Origin: Myxococcota bacterium
Lineage (GTDB): Bacteria; Myxococcota_A; UBA9160; UBA6930
Assembly (NCBI GenBank): GCA_965223705.1
Contig: OZ245015.1
Coordinates: 352,001 to 416,000, forward strand
DNA: 64,000 nt
Direction: 5' to 3'
The position numbers were made by a program, and so were the translations under genes. The notes under the pieces are model-generated. The model did not search any database and was not told the DNA's origin. It saw nothing but the letters and a program-made list of their open reading frames with translations. Of the stretch, positions 28,274 to 37,770 are shown in pieces (position 1 is the stretch's first letter; each line of letters begins with the position of its first letter).

Positions 28274-29683
28274 TTGCGCTTTCGCAAGACCAAACTGATC
28301 GCGACTATCGGACCCGCTTGCGACGAACCGAAGATCCTGCACGCCATGTTCGAAGCGGGCGCGAACGTCGTTCGCCTCAATCTGTCTCACGGGACGCCGG
28401 ACGATCAGGTTCGTCTCCTGACCCGTGTCCGGGAAGTCGCGTCGGCCGGCAACTTCAACATCGCGGTGATGGCCGATACGAAGGGCATCGAGATTCGAAC
28501 GGGGACGGTCGCCGGTGGTGCCGCGGTTCTCGAGCAGGGAGATCGCTTCACGCTGTTCGAGAAACAGACGGAAGGCGGCCCGAGCGGTGTCTCGGTGACC
28601 TACCCGGGGCTCGCTCAGCGTTTGTCACTCGGTGACGAAGTGCTCCTCGACGACGGGAAGATCGCGCTCCGCGTGGAGCGCTTGACCCCGGGCGAAGTCG
28701 ATTGCCGCGTCGAGTGCGGCGGAACCCTGCGCAACCGCAAAGGCGTGAGTTTCCCCGAGATCGACCTCATCCGGAGCGCGTTCGGGCCCGACGTCGAGCA
28801 CGATCTCGATTTTGCGATCGAGAACGGCGTCGAGTACATCGCCGCGTCGTTCGTACAATCTGCCGAAGACATCGAGAACATTCGCGCGTATCTGAAAGAG
28901 CGAGGCGCGGAGATTCCTATCATTGCGAAAATCGAGAACCGTCGCGCCGTCGACGGCCTGGCGGAGATCGTCGCCGTCGCCGACGGAGCGATGGTCGCGC
29001 GCGGCGATCTCGGTGTCGAGCTACCGGTGGAAGAAGTGCCGGAGCTCCAGAAGCGGATCATTCGCACGACGGTCTCGAACGGGAAACCGGTGATCACGGC
29101 GACACAGATGCTCGACTCGATGGAGCGGAACCCGCGACCGACGCGCGCCGAAGCGAGCGACGTGGCGAACGCCATCTTTGACGGGACGTCCGCGGTGATG
29201 CTTTCCGGGGAGACAGCGGCCGGGATCTACCCCGTCGAAGCGGTGACGACCATGGATGCGATCGCGCTCCGAGCCGAGCAGGCGATCGATGAGTTCGGAA
29301 CGCTGCAGAACATCCAGCCGAACCCGTCGAATCAAGTGACGGAAGCCGTGGCCCAAGCGGCTCGGACGATGAGCACACACTTGTCCGCCGCCGCCATCGT
29401 CGCGGTCACAGAAACCGGCTTTACGGCGCGCATGATTTCGAAGTATCGGCCGCGCTGCCCGATCGTCGCGGTCACCGCGTCAGAAAAAGTGATGCGGATG
29501 CTCGCTATGAACTGGGGCGTGATGGCGATCCAAGCCGACGGCGCGGACGACGAGCGCGTCGAGCTCGCCCTGGCGCGCGCTGCGGAAATGGGGATCGTGC
29601 AGTCGGGCGACATCGTCGTCGCCACCGGTGGTATCTCTCACCACTCCGGTGCGACGAACATGATTCGCGTCGTGACCTGTTAG
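28274..29683 (+). CDS. pyk: Pyruvate kinase
   Basis: RKTKLIATIGP, RLNLSHG, IIAKIE, MVARGDLGVE, ATQMLDSM and MLSGETA; TTG start after GGAGG. Confidence 0.95.
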   Translation: MRFRKTKLIATIGPACDEPKILHAMFEAGANVVRLNLSHGTPDDQVRLLTRVREVASAGNFNIAVMADTKGIEIRTGTVAGGAAVLEQGDRFTLFEKQTEGGPSGVSVTYPGLAQRLSLGDEVLLDDGKIALRVERLTPGEVDCRVECGGTLRNRKGVSFPEIDLIRSAFGPDVEHDLDFAIENGVEYIAASFVQSAEDIENIRAYLKERGAEIPIIAKIENRRAVDGLAEIVAVADGAMVARGDLGVELPVEEVPELQKRIIRTTVSNGKPVITATQMLDSMERNPRPTRAEASDVANAIFDGTSAVMLSGETAAGIYPVEAVTTMDAIALRAEQAIDEFGTLQNIQPNPSNQVTEAVAQAARTMSTHLSAAAIVAVTETGFTARMISKYRPRCPIVAVTASEKVMRMLAMNWGVMAIQADGADDERVELALARAAEMGIVQSGDIVVATGGISHHSGATNMIRVVTC

Positions 29684-29696
29684 AAGGCTTTCGCGC

Positions 29697-30497
29697 CTAG
29701 CGCTTCGTCGAAGGGAAATCCGGGTCCCGCTTTTCCTTGATGGCCTTCGCGCCTTCGACGACGTCGTCGTCGAAGAAGTTCAACATTTCAAAGGCCAGCG
29801 AAGACTCGAAGATCGGAATCGCTTGGCGGACCCAGTGGTTGAGCGATCGCTTCGTCCAACGGATCGCCATTTGGGGACCGCTCGCGAGCTTGTCCGCGAT
29901 CTCGAGGGCGGTCGGGAGAAGTTCGTCGGCGGGCACGGCCTTGCTGACCAGGCCGATCCGTTCCGCTTCCTTGCCGTCGATAAAGTCCGCGGTCATCAGG
30001 TAATACTTCGCCTTCGCCATACCGCAAAGGAGCGGCCATACGATTGCCGCGTGATCACCGGCCCCCACCCCCAGGCGGATGTGTCCGTCGGTGAACCGCG
30101 CGTCTTCGGCGATGACGCTGATGTCCGCCATCATCGCCACGGCGAGGCCCGCTCCGACGGCGACCCCATTGATGGCCGACACGATCGGTTTTTCGCAGTT
30201 CACGATGTTGTAGACGATGTCCGCCGCTTCTTTCATCACGGCGGCGATTTGCCCGAAGTCTTTCGTCTGCGCTTCGATCATATCGAGGTCGCCACCCGCT
30301 GAGAACGCGCGGCCGGCGCCGGTGATGACGGCGACGCGCGTCTCCGGATCGCGGTCGATGTCTTTCCAGACTTCGCCCAGCTGGCCGTGGAGAGCGGCGT
30401 CGGTCGCGTTGAGTTTTTCGGGACGATTGATCGTCACCAACAGCACGCCGGACGAGGGGCGCTCGAATTTCAGGTGGTTGTAGGCGGAGTAGTCCAT
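29697..30497 (-). CDS. Enoyl-CoA hydratase/isomerase family protein
   Basis: AFSAGGDL, SAINGVAVGAG and GVGAGDH. Confidence 0.9.
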   Translation of the reverse strand: MDYSAYNHLKFERPSSGVLLVTINRPEKLNATDAALHGQLGEVWKDIDRDPETRVAVITGAGRAFSAGGDLDMIEAQTKDFGQIAAVMKEAADIVYNIVNCEKPIVSAINGVAVGAGLAVAMMADISVIAEDARFTDGHIRLGVGAGDHAAIVWPLLCGMAKAKYYLMTADFIDGKEAERIGLVSKAVPADELLPTALEIADKLASGPQMAIRWTKRSLNHWVRQAIPIFESSLAFEMLNFFDDDVVEGAKAIKEKRDPDFPSTKR

Positions 30498-30530
30498 GGG
30501 GGCTTTTCCTTCGGGAGATCGGTTTGTTGG

Positions 30531-31193
30531 CTACTGGGTTTCTTCGTCGGCGATCACGCGACGGAAGAGCGCCCGAACGGGAGCCGCAAGCTCACTCAAG
30601 GGGCGTCCGTCGGGAGATTCCATCCATTGCCCCGCAGTGTTGCTCACGGCCCCGAGGATGGCAGCGGCGGTGACATCCGGATCCAGACCGGCGAGACCGC
30701 CGTCCCGCTGGACGTCGCGGACGCGGTCCGCGACCCACGCGTTCCATTGCTGAAAGTCCGCGACGCTTTGTGCGCCGATACTTTGGCGGATCTTCCACGG
30801 CAGGCTGCGCGGGCCCCGTGCGTGAATCCACAACAGATTCGCGTCGTCCTCGAAGCAGGAGAAGAGCGAGTCGATGACGGTAAGAAGTCGCTCTCTCGAC
30901 CCCTCGCGCGCCGCAACCGCCTCTTGCACTGCTTCGCGAACCGCGACACCGGCCGCGAGTACCACTTCTTCGAAGAGCTCTTCCTTGCCCGAGAAGAGCG
31001 CGTAGAGCGAGGCGAGAGAGATCTCCGCCGCCGCTGCGATTTCCGCCATCTGGGCGCCGTCGAAGCCCTTCGCGGCGAAAATACTCGATGCCGCTGCCAC
31101 GGCGTCGAGACGTCGCATCGCGATTTCGCGGTCACGCCGTGCGGCGCGGCGTGAATGGGCAGGGTGCTTTTCCACTTCTTTTTGTGTGTTCAA
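30531..31193 (-). CDS. TetR/AcrR-family transcriptional regulator
   Basis: FAAKGFDGAQMAEIAAAAEISLASLYALFSGKEELF HTH; TTG start after GGAG, start uncertain. Confidence 0.85.
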   Translation of the reverse strand: MNTQKEVEKHPAHSRRAARRDREIAMRRLDAVAAASSIFAAKGFDGAQMAEIAAAAEISLASLYALFSGKEELFEEVVLAAGVAVREAVQEAVAAREGSRERLLTVIDSLFSCFEDDANLLWIHARGPRSLPWKIRQSIGAQSVADFQQWNAWVADRVRDVQRDGGLAGLDPDVTAAAILGAVSNTAGQWMESPDGRPLSELAAPVRALFRRVIADEETQ

Positions 31194-31328
31194 AACGACT
31201 CCCGAGGGCGAATTTCTGCAGTGAAAGCTCCTCGCGACGTCCTTGTCTACGGAGAGAATTCTCATTCTGCCAGATTCCTCCTACTGTCTCGAGAAAGAAA
31301 GCTCCGGTAGCCAGGAAGGGAGTTCCCC

Positions 31329-31709
31329 ATGATGGACCGGCCGACTGCGCCGGAATTGCTCGAGACCATCGCGAGCGTTCTCGAGAACGAGGTGCTGCCC
31401 GAACTCGAGGGTGCCGCGGGGCACAAAGTCCGGGTCGCGGCGAATCTATGTCGGATTCTCGAGCGCGAGTTTCAGCTCGGACAGGGCGCCGCCGCACGCG
31501 AGATCGCACGGCTTCGCGCGCTTCTGGGTGAGGCGGAAGAGGGCTCCGCTCTCGCTCTCAACGATGCACTCCGCAAGCGACTCGAGCAGTCCGACGATCC
31601 GGAGTTCGAAGCGCGCGTACTCGGTGTGTTGCTCGAAATCGGACGCGACAAACTCGCGATCGCAAAACCCGGTCACGACGACTACGACTTCTCGGATGAA
31701 TGGGCGTGA
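31329..31709 (+). CDS. DUF6285-like protein
   Basis: DRPTAPELL..RVAANL..ILERE..KLAIAKPG; adjacent to a phosphotransferase gene. Confidence 0.75.
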   Translation: MMDRPTAPELLETIASVLENEVLPELEGAAGHKVRVAANLCRILEREFQLGQGAAAREIARLRALLGEAEEGSALALNDALRKRLEQSDDPEFEARVLGVLLEIGRDKLAIAKPGHDDYDFSDEWA

Positions 31710-32740
31710 CCGATCTGGCCCCGGGATTGGCGGCTCTCTTGCGTGAGGCGTGGTCTGCGGACGTCCGGGTCGAGGCGATGGAGGTCGCCTCGGCGGGCGC
31801 GCGGCGCACCAACCTGCTTTTTGACGCCGTCGCCGTCGCCGGCGATCGGCGCGAAGCCCTGGTCGCCACCATCATGCCGACACCGGAGATCGCGCACAGC
31901 ACGATGTCTGTCGAAGCTTCTTTGCTGCGGACCGCCGAAGCCGCCGCGGTACCGGCGCCGCGCCTCGTTCTGGTCAGCGAGGACCCAAAGTACGTAGGCG
32001 GGCCGCTCTTCATCACGCGCCGCGTTCGGGGTGAATCGATTCCGCGGCGGATCCTCCGGTTGTGCGAAGGGCAGCCGGGTCTCGGGGAGCGCGTCGCGTA
32101 TCAGTGCGGCGAGGCGATGGCGCGCCTCCACGCTGTGCCCGAAGCGGAAGTCGACCCCGGGGTCGAAGGGCCCGCCGAAGGTGATCCCGGCCTTCATGCG
32201 CTCCGCGATCTCCAGGAAAAAAACGCGGCGCTTCTCCAGCCTTCCCCGGCGATGACGTTGGCGTTGGTGTGGCTCGAACGAAACTTGCCAAAACCTCCCG
32301 CTTCGGGGCTTTCCCTCGTCCATGGCGATTGGCGCAATGGCAACATCGCCGTTAGCGAGCGCGGACTCGAAGCGGCGTACGACTGGGAAATCGCTCACCT
32401 CGGAGATCCCATGGAAGATCTCGCGTGGATCTGTGTGCGCTCCTGGCGGTTCCGAAACGATCATCTCGAAGTCGGAGGTTTCGCGAAACGCGACGCGTTG
32501 TTCGAGGGCTATCGCGCCGGAGGAGGCACGATCGACGCGGAGCGTTTTCGCTGGTGGAAAGTGCTTCGCACTGCCTGGTGGGGACTCGGACTCGCGGACC
32601 AAGCGGCGTCCCACTTGGATGGTTCCTTCTCTTCGATCGTGATGGCGGCGAGCGGCCGCCGCGTCGCCGAGCTCGAGTACGACGTGCTCATGCTACTTTC
32701 CCGCGAATACGCGCCCTTCGGCACAAAGGTCCCATCATGA
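31706..32740 (+). CDS. Phosphotransferase (APH/choline kinase-like) family protein
   Basis: LVHGDWRNGN and DWEIAHLGDPMEDLAW; start 31700 or 31706. Confidence 0.9.
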   Translation: MTDLAPGLAALLREAWSADVRVEAMEVASAGARRTNLLFDAVAVAGDRREALVATIMPTPEIAHSTMSVEASLLRTAEAAAVPAPRLVLVSEDPKYVGGPLFITRRVRGESIPRRILRLCEGQPGLGERVAYQCGEAMARLHAVPEAEVDPGVEGPAEGDPGLHALRDLQEKNAALLQPSPAMTLALVWLERNLPKPPASGLSLVHGDWRNGNIAVSERGLEAAYDWEIAHLGDPMEDLAWICVRSWRFRNDHLEVGGFAKRDALFEGYRAGGGTIDAERFRWWKVLRTAWWGLGLADQAASHLDGSFSSIVMAASGRRVAELEYDVLMLLSREYAPFGTKVPS

Positions 32741-33048
32741 AGACTCGTCACACCCGAAGTATCGCCCGCAAGTTGTTGCTGCGGTCGCCGCTGTTCCTCA
32801 TCACCGCGCTCGTGGTCGCGTGCCAATCACCGCCGCCGGTGGTCAACGTCCAAGCACCGCCGTGTGATTGCGCCTGCAACTTCAAAGCGACGACGCCTCA
32901 AATCGGCAAGGGTTGTCACGTGCAGGGCGACGTCCTGATCTGCCCTTTGGTACGACGCACGCTGGATATCGAGCCCGCCTACCCGAGCGAAGACCCGCGC
33001 TGCGAGCGCCAACCCGACGGCACGATGGCGTGTGAGATCGTCGACTAG
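32737..33048 (+). CDS. Small Cys-rich lipoprotein, hypothetical (103 aa)
   Basis: ATGA coupling; basic N-terminus, hydrophobic stretch and LVVAC lipobox; 8 Cys. Confidence 0.65.
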   Translation: MKTRHTRSIARKLLLRSPLFLITALVVACQSPPPVVNVQAPPCDCACNFKATTPQIGKGCHVQGDVLICPLVRRTLDIEPAYPSEDPRCERQPDGTMACEIVD

Positions 33049-33138
33049 CCGAACTTCCGGCAGTCGACTAGCCGAACTTCCGGCAGTGCGAGATCGTCGA
33101 TTAGCCGAACTTCCGGCAGTGCGAGATCGTCGACTAGC
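33031..33138 (+). repeat. Imperfect tandem repeat (23/33-bp units) duplicating the 3' end of the lipoprotein gene
   Basis: GTCGAYTAGCCGAACTTCCGGCA at 33040, 33063 and 33096; partial fourth copy at 33129; GTGCGAGATC linkers at 33086 and 33119. Confidence 0.9.
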
Positions 33139-34226
33139 TAACGCTCGATCGACAGAAACGCGCCATCGCCGAGCGCGATCCCATCGACGGAATCGTGCGC
33201 GTCACCCCGTGGGCGAAACTGAAAGCGTCGCAACTCCCCCGGTGAGAAGCGGAGCTCCTCCCGCAAACCGCGCAAGGCGCCGCGCAAGAGCCCGGTGGCG
33301 ACGATCCCCATGGTGAATCGCGCGTTGAATTCGACGACGGCGCGCAGTTTCTCCTGTCCGTCAGCGGCGCGGTAGCTCAACGCGTCGACCCCGCAGGGCC
33401 CGCGGTAGCCGGCCCGCGCGGCGGACGAGGCGACACACGAGGCGGCTTCGCGCAGTTCTTCTTCCCACGCTTCTCCGGTTCGAACGCGCCCTCGCGAATC
33501 GATCTCGCCCCGGTGGCCCAGGAACGCGCCCCGCGCGGACACGTCCTGACGAAGACTCCCCAAAAGACGCAGGCTTCCGTCCGCTTCGACGGCGAACTGC
33601 ACCGAGAAATCGGCGATTCGATCGAGTGCGGGTTCGACGACGACACCGCCGCGTCCCCGAAGACCGGTGAGCGCGGGTGCGAGTTCTTCGCCGAAAGAAG
33701 CCACGGCCATCGTCCGCTGCCCCCGCCCCGTCGTTCCCAAGCGCGGTTTCAGCACGACGCGCGGAGCTCTTTCCCCCGATGCCGGATGGAAGTGCGCACG
33801 GAGCACGTCTGCCGCCGCATCGGGTTCCTCGAGATCGGCTTCGTCGAGGATGCACACGGCATCGAGGAATTCATCCGCGTCGAGGTTCTCCTCGCGCGCC
33901 GTTCGAATCGCGAAGGCCTTGTCGTGAGTCGCCAAGACGGTCGGAGGATCCGCCCCGCCGACCTGCGACACACCTTCGGCTCGCAAGCGTTCGCAGGCTG
34001 CCTCGGTATTGATCCACGCCCACCCGGAAGCGTTTTTCAGGAAATCGAAAATCGCCTCCTCGGGGGCGGGGCCGATCGCGGGGGGCCACGCCAGAACGGC
34101 TCCACCGAGAAGCGAGGCGCCGCGACCGAAGAGCCACGACCAGAGTGCCGCGGCCTTGGCCGCCTCGGGCGGAAGCGGGTCCGGTGGCTGGGGTTCTTCG
34201 CCGCCGAGGTTCCCGAGGAGCTTCAT
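33138..34226 (-). CDS. ATP-grasp-fold protein
   Basis: VLKPRLGTTGRG, VVVEP, GPCGVDA and VEFNARFTMG. Confidence 0.7.
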   Translation of the reverse strand: MKLLGNLGGEEPQPPDPLPPEAAKAAALWSWLFGRGASLLGGAVLAWPPAIGPAPEEAIFDFLKNASGWAWINTEAACERLRAEGVSQVGGADPPTVLATHDKAFAIRTAREENLDADEFLDAVCILDEADLEEPDAAADVLRAHFHPASGERAPRVVLKPRLGTTGRGQRTMAVASFGEELAPALTGLRGRGGVVVEPALDRIADFSVQFAVEADGSLRLLGSLRQDVSARGAFLGHRGEIDSRGRVRTGEAWEEELREAASCVASSAARAGYRGPCGVDALSYRAADGQEKLRAVVEFNARFTMGIVATGLLRGALRGLREELRFSPGELRRFQFRPRGDAHDSVDGIALGDGAFLSIER

Positions 34227-35041
34227 CGGCTTTTCCGCGCTTCGCGGACGTAGTCGATAAAACCGTCGCTAAGCCCCGCAAGGCGTCGCGGTTCGACGCG
34301 AAAATCCTTGCCTTTGGCGCGAGCCGCAGAGAGCGGAAAGGGAACCGCGTCGACGTAGCGGCGAGTTTCGTCCGTTTCGTCCGACAAGCGTCCGAGCCAC
34401 TCTCGAGCGCTCGCGACGTGACGGATCTCGTCCCGGTGAACTTCTTCGAGGACGTCCGCGCTCTCCGGATCGCCTGCGCGTCGGAATCCCTCGGCGTAGT
34501 AGAGCGTAAAGTCGAGGTTCGCTTGCTCGAGGGTGAGGCCCAGCCCGGCGAGAAACGAGCGCGGGCCAGCGTGCGACTGATCCATGCGCTCGACTTGCTT
34601 CCAGAAGTAGCCGCCGGGCGGTTCGTCACCGAGCTCCCCGTCGTGAGCCCGGAGGCGTTCCAGGTACATCCGGCAGTGTCGCTGCTCATCGCCGAGTGTC
34701 AGAAGCCAATCGTTTCGCAAGCCGACGGGAACATCGGGCCAACGCAAGATGGCCCAGGCGAGCATTTCCACGGCCATCAATTCGTGGTGCGCAAAGCGCT
34801 CGAGGCAACGGCTTCGTTCTCGCTTGTCCGAGAGGGCGCGGAGCGGCGGGAGCCGCGGGTTGCCTTCGACGAGGGTGAGCTTCGGCACACGCGCGGGCCA
34901 CTTCGGCGGGGGTGCGCTCGGTGCGAAGCCAGTGAGCGCGGGTGAGTCCGCTGGTTCGAGCTTTGGGGCGAGCTCCCCCTCTTCGAGGATGCGCCGGCAG
35001 AATTGCTCGAGCGGGTCTTTTGTCCGAAGCGCGCCGCGCAC
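34223..35041 (-). CDS. DUF455-family ferritin-like di-iron protein
   Basis: FAHHELMAVE, DEQRH, LEQANLD and DEIRHV; GTG start after AGGAG (ORF track starts at 35125). Confidence 0.8.
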   Translation of the reverse strand: MRGALRTKDPLEQFCRRILEEGELAPKLEPADSPALTGFAPSAPPPKWPARVPKLTLVEGNPRLPPLRALSDKRERSRCLERFAHHELMAVEMLAWAILRWPDVPVGLRNDWLLTLGDEQRHCRMYLERLRAHDGELGDEPPGGYFWKQVERMDQSHAGPRSFLAGLGLTLEQANLDFTLYYAEGFRRAGDPESADVLEEVHRDEIRHVASAREWLGRLSDETDETRRYVDAVPFPLSAARAKGKDFRVEPRRLAGLSDGFIDYVREARKSR

Positions 35042-35296
35042 GACGTTCTCTCCTGCAGTCGATTTTCCCGAGGGGAAGATACCAAAACGTCTGGGAAAAC
35101 CGGGGCTTACCGAGGTGTGGGTCAAATCCTTCAGGGCCGGTCTGGGTGGATCCTCAAATCTCTCGATTTGCCCATAGAAAACGGATAGTTACAGACTTTC
35201 TCCGACGGAGGCCACGGACGTTGTGGAAGAGACGTTCTGCTACGATAGATCTCCCCTCGCCCGTCTGCGCCGGGTTCATTGAGAGACCGAGCCGTG

Positions 35297-36334
35297 ATGA
35301 AGGACAAAGACCGTTACTGGGATTGCTTGGACCATGCAATGGAAGCATCCCATGGTGGTCGCACCGACGAAGCACTCGCCTGGTTAGAAGAGGCACTGAA
35401 AGCCGTTCCGAACGGTGCGGAAGCGCACAACGGTCGCGGCGAAATCCTATGGGACGAGGGCAAGGTCGACGAAGCCGTCTACGAGTTCGAGCTCGCGACG
35501 ATGGCGGATCCGAAATTCATGACGGCGCACTTGAATCGCGCGGAGCTCTTGATCGAAGAGCTCGGCGAGTTCGAGCAAGCGATCCGCGTGTGCGACGAGC
35601 TCCTTTCGGGGCGCAGCGAGCTACCCCGGCCGGATCGTTCCACGGAAGCCGAGATCTACTACCTGAAGTCGAAGGCGCTCTTCTACCTGGACGATCTCGA
35701 CGGCGCGCTCTTTCTCGTGCGCCGGGCGAGCAAAGCGTCGGGCGATGTCGCGGTCTACCGCGCTTTCGAGGGGCAGATCAGTTTCGAGCTCGGTTCCTTC
35801 GACGAGGCGTTGGTTCTTCTCGAGCAGGCGACGCTTCTCGATCCCGAGGCACCCCACGCGCTCTATCACCTGGGGCTCGTGCTCGAGCGAACCGGCCGCG
35901 AAAGCGACGCGGTGGCCGCCTTCGCCCGGGCGCACGCCCTCGAGCCCGATCACTACCCGACGCCGGTCGAGATCGATCTCGACACGTTCGAGGCCGCGGC
36001 CGCTGCGGCGCTCGCAAACCTGCCCCGCTCGATTCGCGAGTACGTCGAGCACGTGCCGGTTCTCATCGAGGATTTCCCGTCGCCGGAGCTTTTGGGCGAG
36101 GAGGAAATCTCCCCCCAGATCCTCGGCATCTTCATCGGCGTACCGCGAACCGAGGCCGCCGTCACCGCCCAGGCGCGCGACGTCGACCGTGTGGTGCTCT
36201 TCAAAAAGAACCTCGAAAAAGTTTGTCGCACCCACGCTGAACTGGTCGACCAAATCCAGATCACGGTGAAACACGAAATCGGACATTACCTGGGGCTCGA
36301 CGAGGACGATCTCGATCGCCTGGGCCTCGCCTAG
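35297..36334 (+). CDS. TPR-repeat protein with C-terminal zincin-like metallopeptidase domain
   Basis: TPR helices; ILGIFIG..ITVKHEIGHYLGLDEDDL (HExxH). Confidence 0.85.
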   Translation: MKDKDRYWDCLDHAMEASHGGRTDEALAWLEEALKAVPNGAEAHNGRGEILWDEGKVDEAVYEFELATMADPKFMTAHLNRAELLIEELGEFEQAIRVCDELLSGRSELPRPDRSTEAEIYYLKSKALFYLDDLDGALFLVRRASKASGDVAVYRAFEGQISFELGSFDEALVLLEQATLLDPEAPHALYHLGLVLERTGRESDAVAAFARAHALEPDHYPTPVEIDLDTFEAAAAAALANLPRSIREYVEHVPVLIEDFPSPELLGEEEISPQILGIFIGVPRTEAAVTAQARDVDRVVLFKKNLEKVCRTHAELVDQIQITVKHEIGHYLGLDEDDLDRLGLA

Positions 36335-37770
36335 ATGACCGAGCTCGTCGAGAAGCTCCGCGCCATCGTCGGCGACGAGGCCGTTCTCGCAAAAGACGAA
36401 GAGCTCTTCGTCTACGAAGTCGACGGGCTCACCTTGCACGCGGGCCGTCCGGCGGCGGTCGTTCTTCCCGAGACCGCGCTCCAAATATCGCAAGTGGTGC
36501 GGGCTTGCCGGGAAGCCGGCGTGCCCTTCGTTCCGCGCGGCGCCGGTACCGGTTTGTCCGGCGGCGCCGTCGCGATCGAGGGGGGCGTCGTCATCGAATG
36601 TCAGCGCATGCGGCGCATCCTCGAAGTGAACCCCGTAGATCGACTGGCCGTCGTGCAGCCCGGCGTCGTGAACGCGGAGCTTTCCGATGCCGTCGCTCAC
36701 CTCGGTTTGTTCTATGCGCCCGACCCGTCGAGCCAGCAAGCCTGCACGATCGGCGGCAACGTCGCCGAGAATTCCGGCGGCCCTCACACGTTGAAGTACG
36801 GGACGACTACGGACCATATCCTCTCGCTCGAACTGGTGTTGCCAGACGGTGAGATCGTCCGCATCGGTTCGGACGCCGGCGGCCAAGCGGGCTACGACTT
36901 GCTGGGCGCCCTCGTCGGCAGCGAGGGAACCCTCGGAATCGTCACGGAAATCACGGTGCGTTTGACGCCGCTCCCCGAACGAATCGAAACGCTCCTGGCC
37001 GTGTTCCCCGACGTCGTTTCGGCGTGTCGCGCGGTAACGTCGATGATTCGCTCGGGCCTCGTGCCGGCGTCCCTCGAAGTCGCGGACCAGCGCACCATCG
37101 CCGCTGTCGAGGCGAGTGTCTACGCCGCCGGGCTGCCGACCGATGCGGGTGCGTGTTGCTGATCGAACTCGACGGCGTCCCCGCCGCGGTCGAGCAACAG
37201 GTCGCCCGTGTGCGCGAGCATTGCCGTGACGCGGGTGCCGACCGGGTCGAAGTCGCAAAGGACGAACAGGAACGACAACGTTTCTGGCGCGCCCGAAAAG
37301 GCGCGTTCGGCGCCATGGGGCGGCTCGGACCGGATCTGTACGTCCACGACGCGGTCGTTCCGCGCACGAAACTCCCGGAGATTCTCGAGCGTGTGTGCGC
37401 CATCGCGGACGAGCATCGGCTCACGTTGTCGAACGTGTTTCACGCGGGCGATGGCAATCTCCACCCGAACATCTCCTTCGACCGGAGAGACGAGGACGAG
37501 CTCAAGCGTGTCATCGCGGCGGGCGAGGAGATCCTCCGCACCTGCGTCGAGGCCGGCGGCGTCATCACCGGAGAGCACGGGATTGGCACCGAGAAACGCG
37601 AATTCATGCCGCTGCTTTTCAGCGAGTCCGATCTCGACGCGATGCGCGCGCTGCGCGGCGTCTTCGATCCCGAGCTCGTCTGTAACCCCGGAAAGGTCTT
37701 CCCGACGACGCGCTTCTGCGTGGAAGCGAACCCGAAGGCGCGGGGCTACGACCGAGTGCCCTTCAGTTGA
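36335..37770 (+). pseudogene. glcD: Glycolate oxidase FAD subunit GlcD with an apparent 1-bp deletion near 37153 (pseudogene or sequence error)
   Basis: RGAGTGLSGG, YAPDPSSQ and GSEGTLG in frame 36335-37162; LLIELDG, FHAGDGNLHP and GEHGIG continue in frame 37024-37770. Confidence 0.8.

Noticed and set aside
33031..33138. Possible mini-CRISPR array
   Set aside because: No unique spacers (the linkers are identical or absent) and no cas genes in the window
37160..37162. TGA after Cys-Cys in glcD as a selenocysteine codon
   Set aside because: Homology continues in a different frame, so this is a frameshift and not read-through
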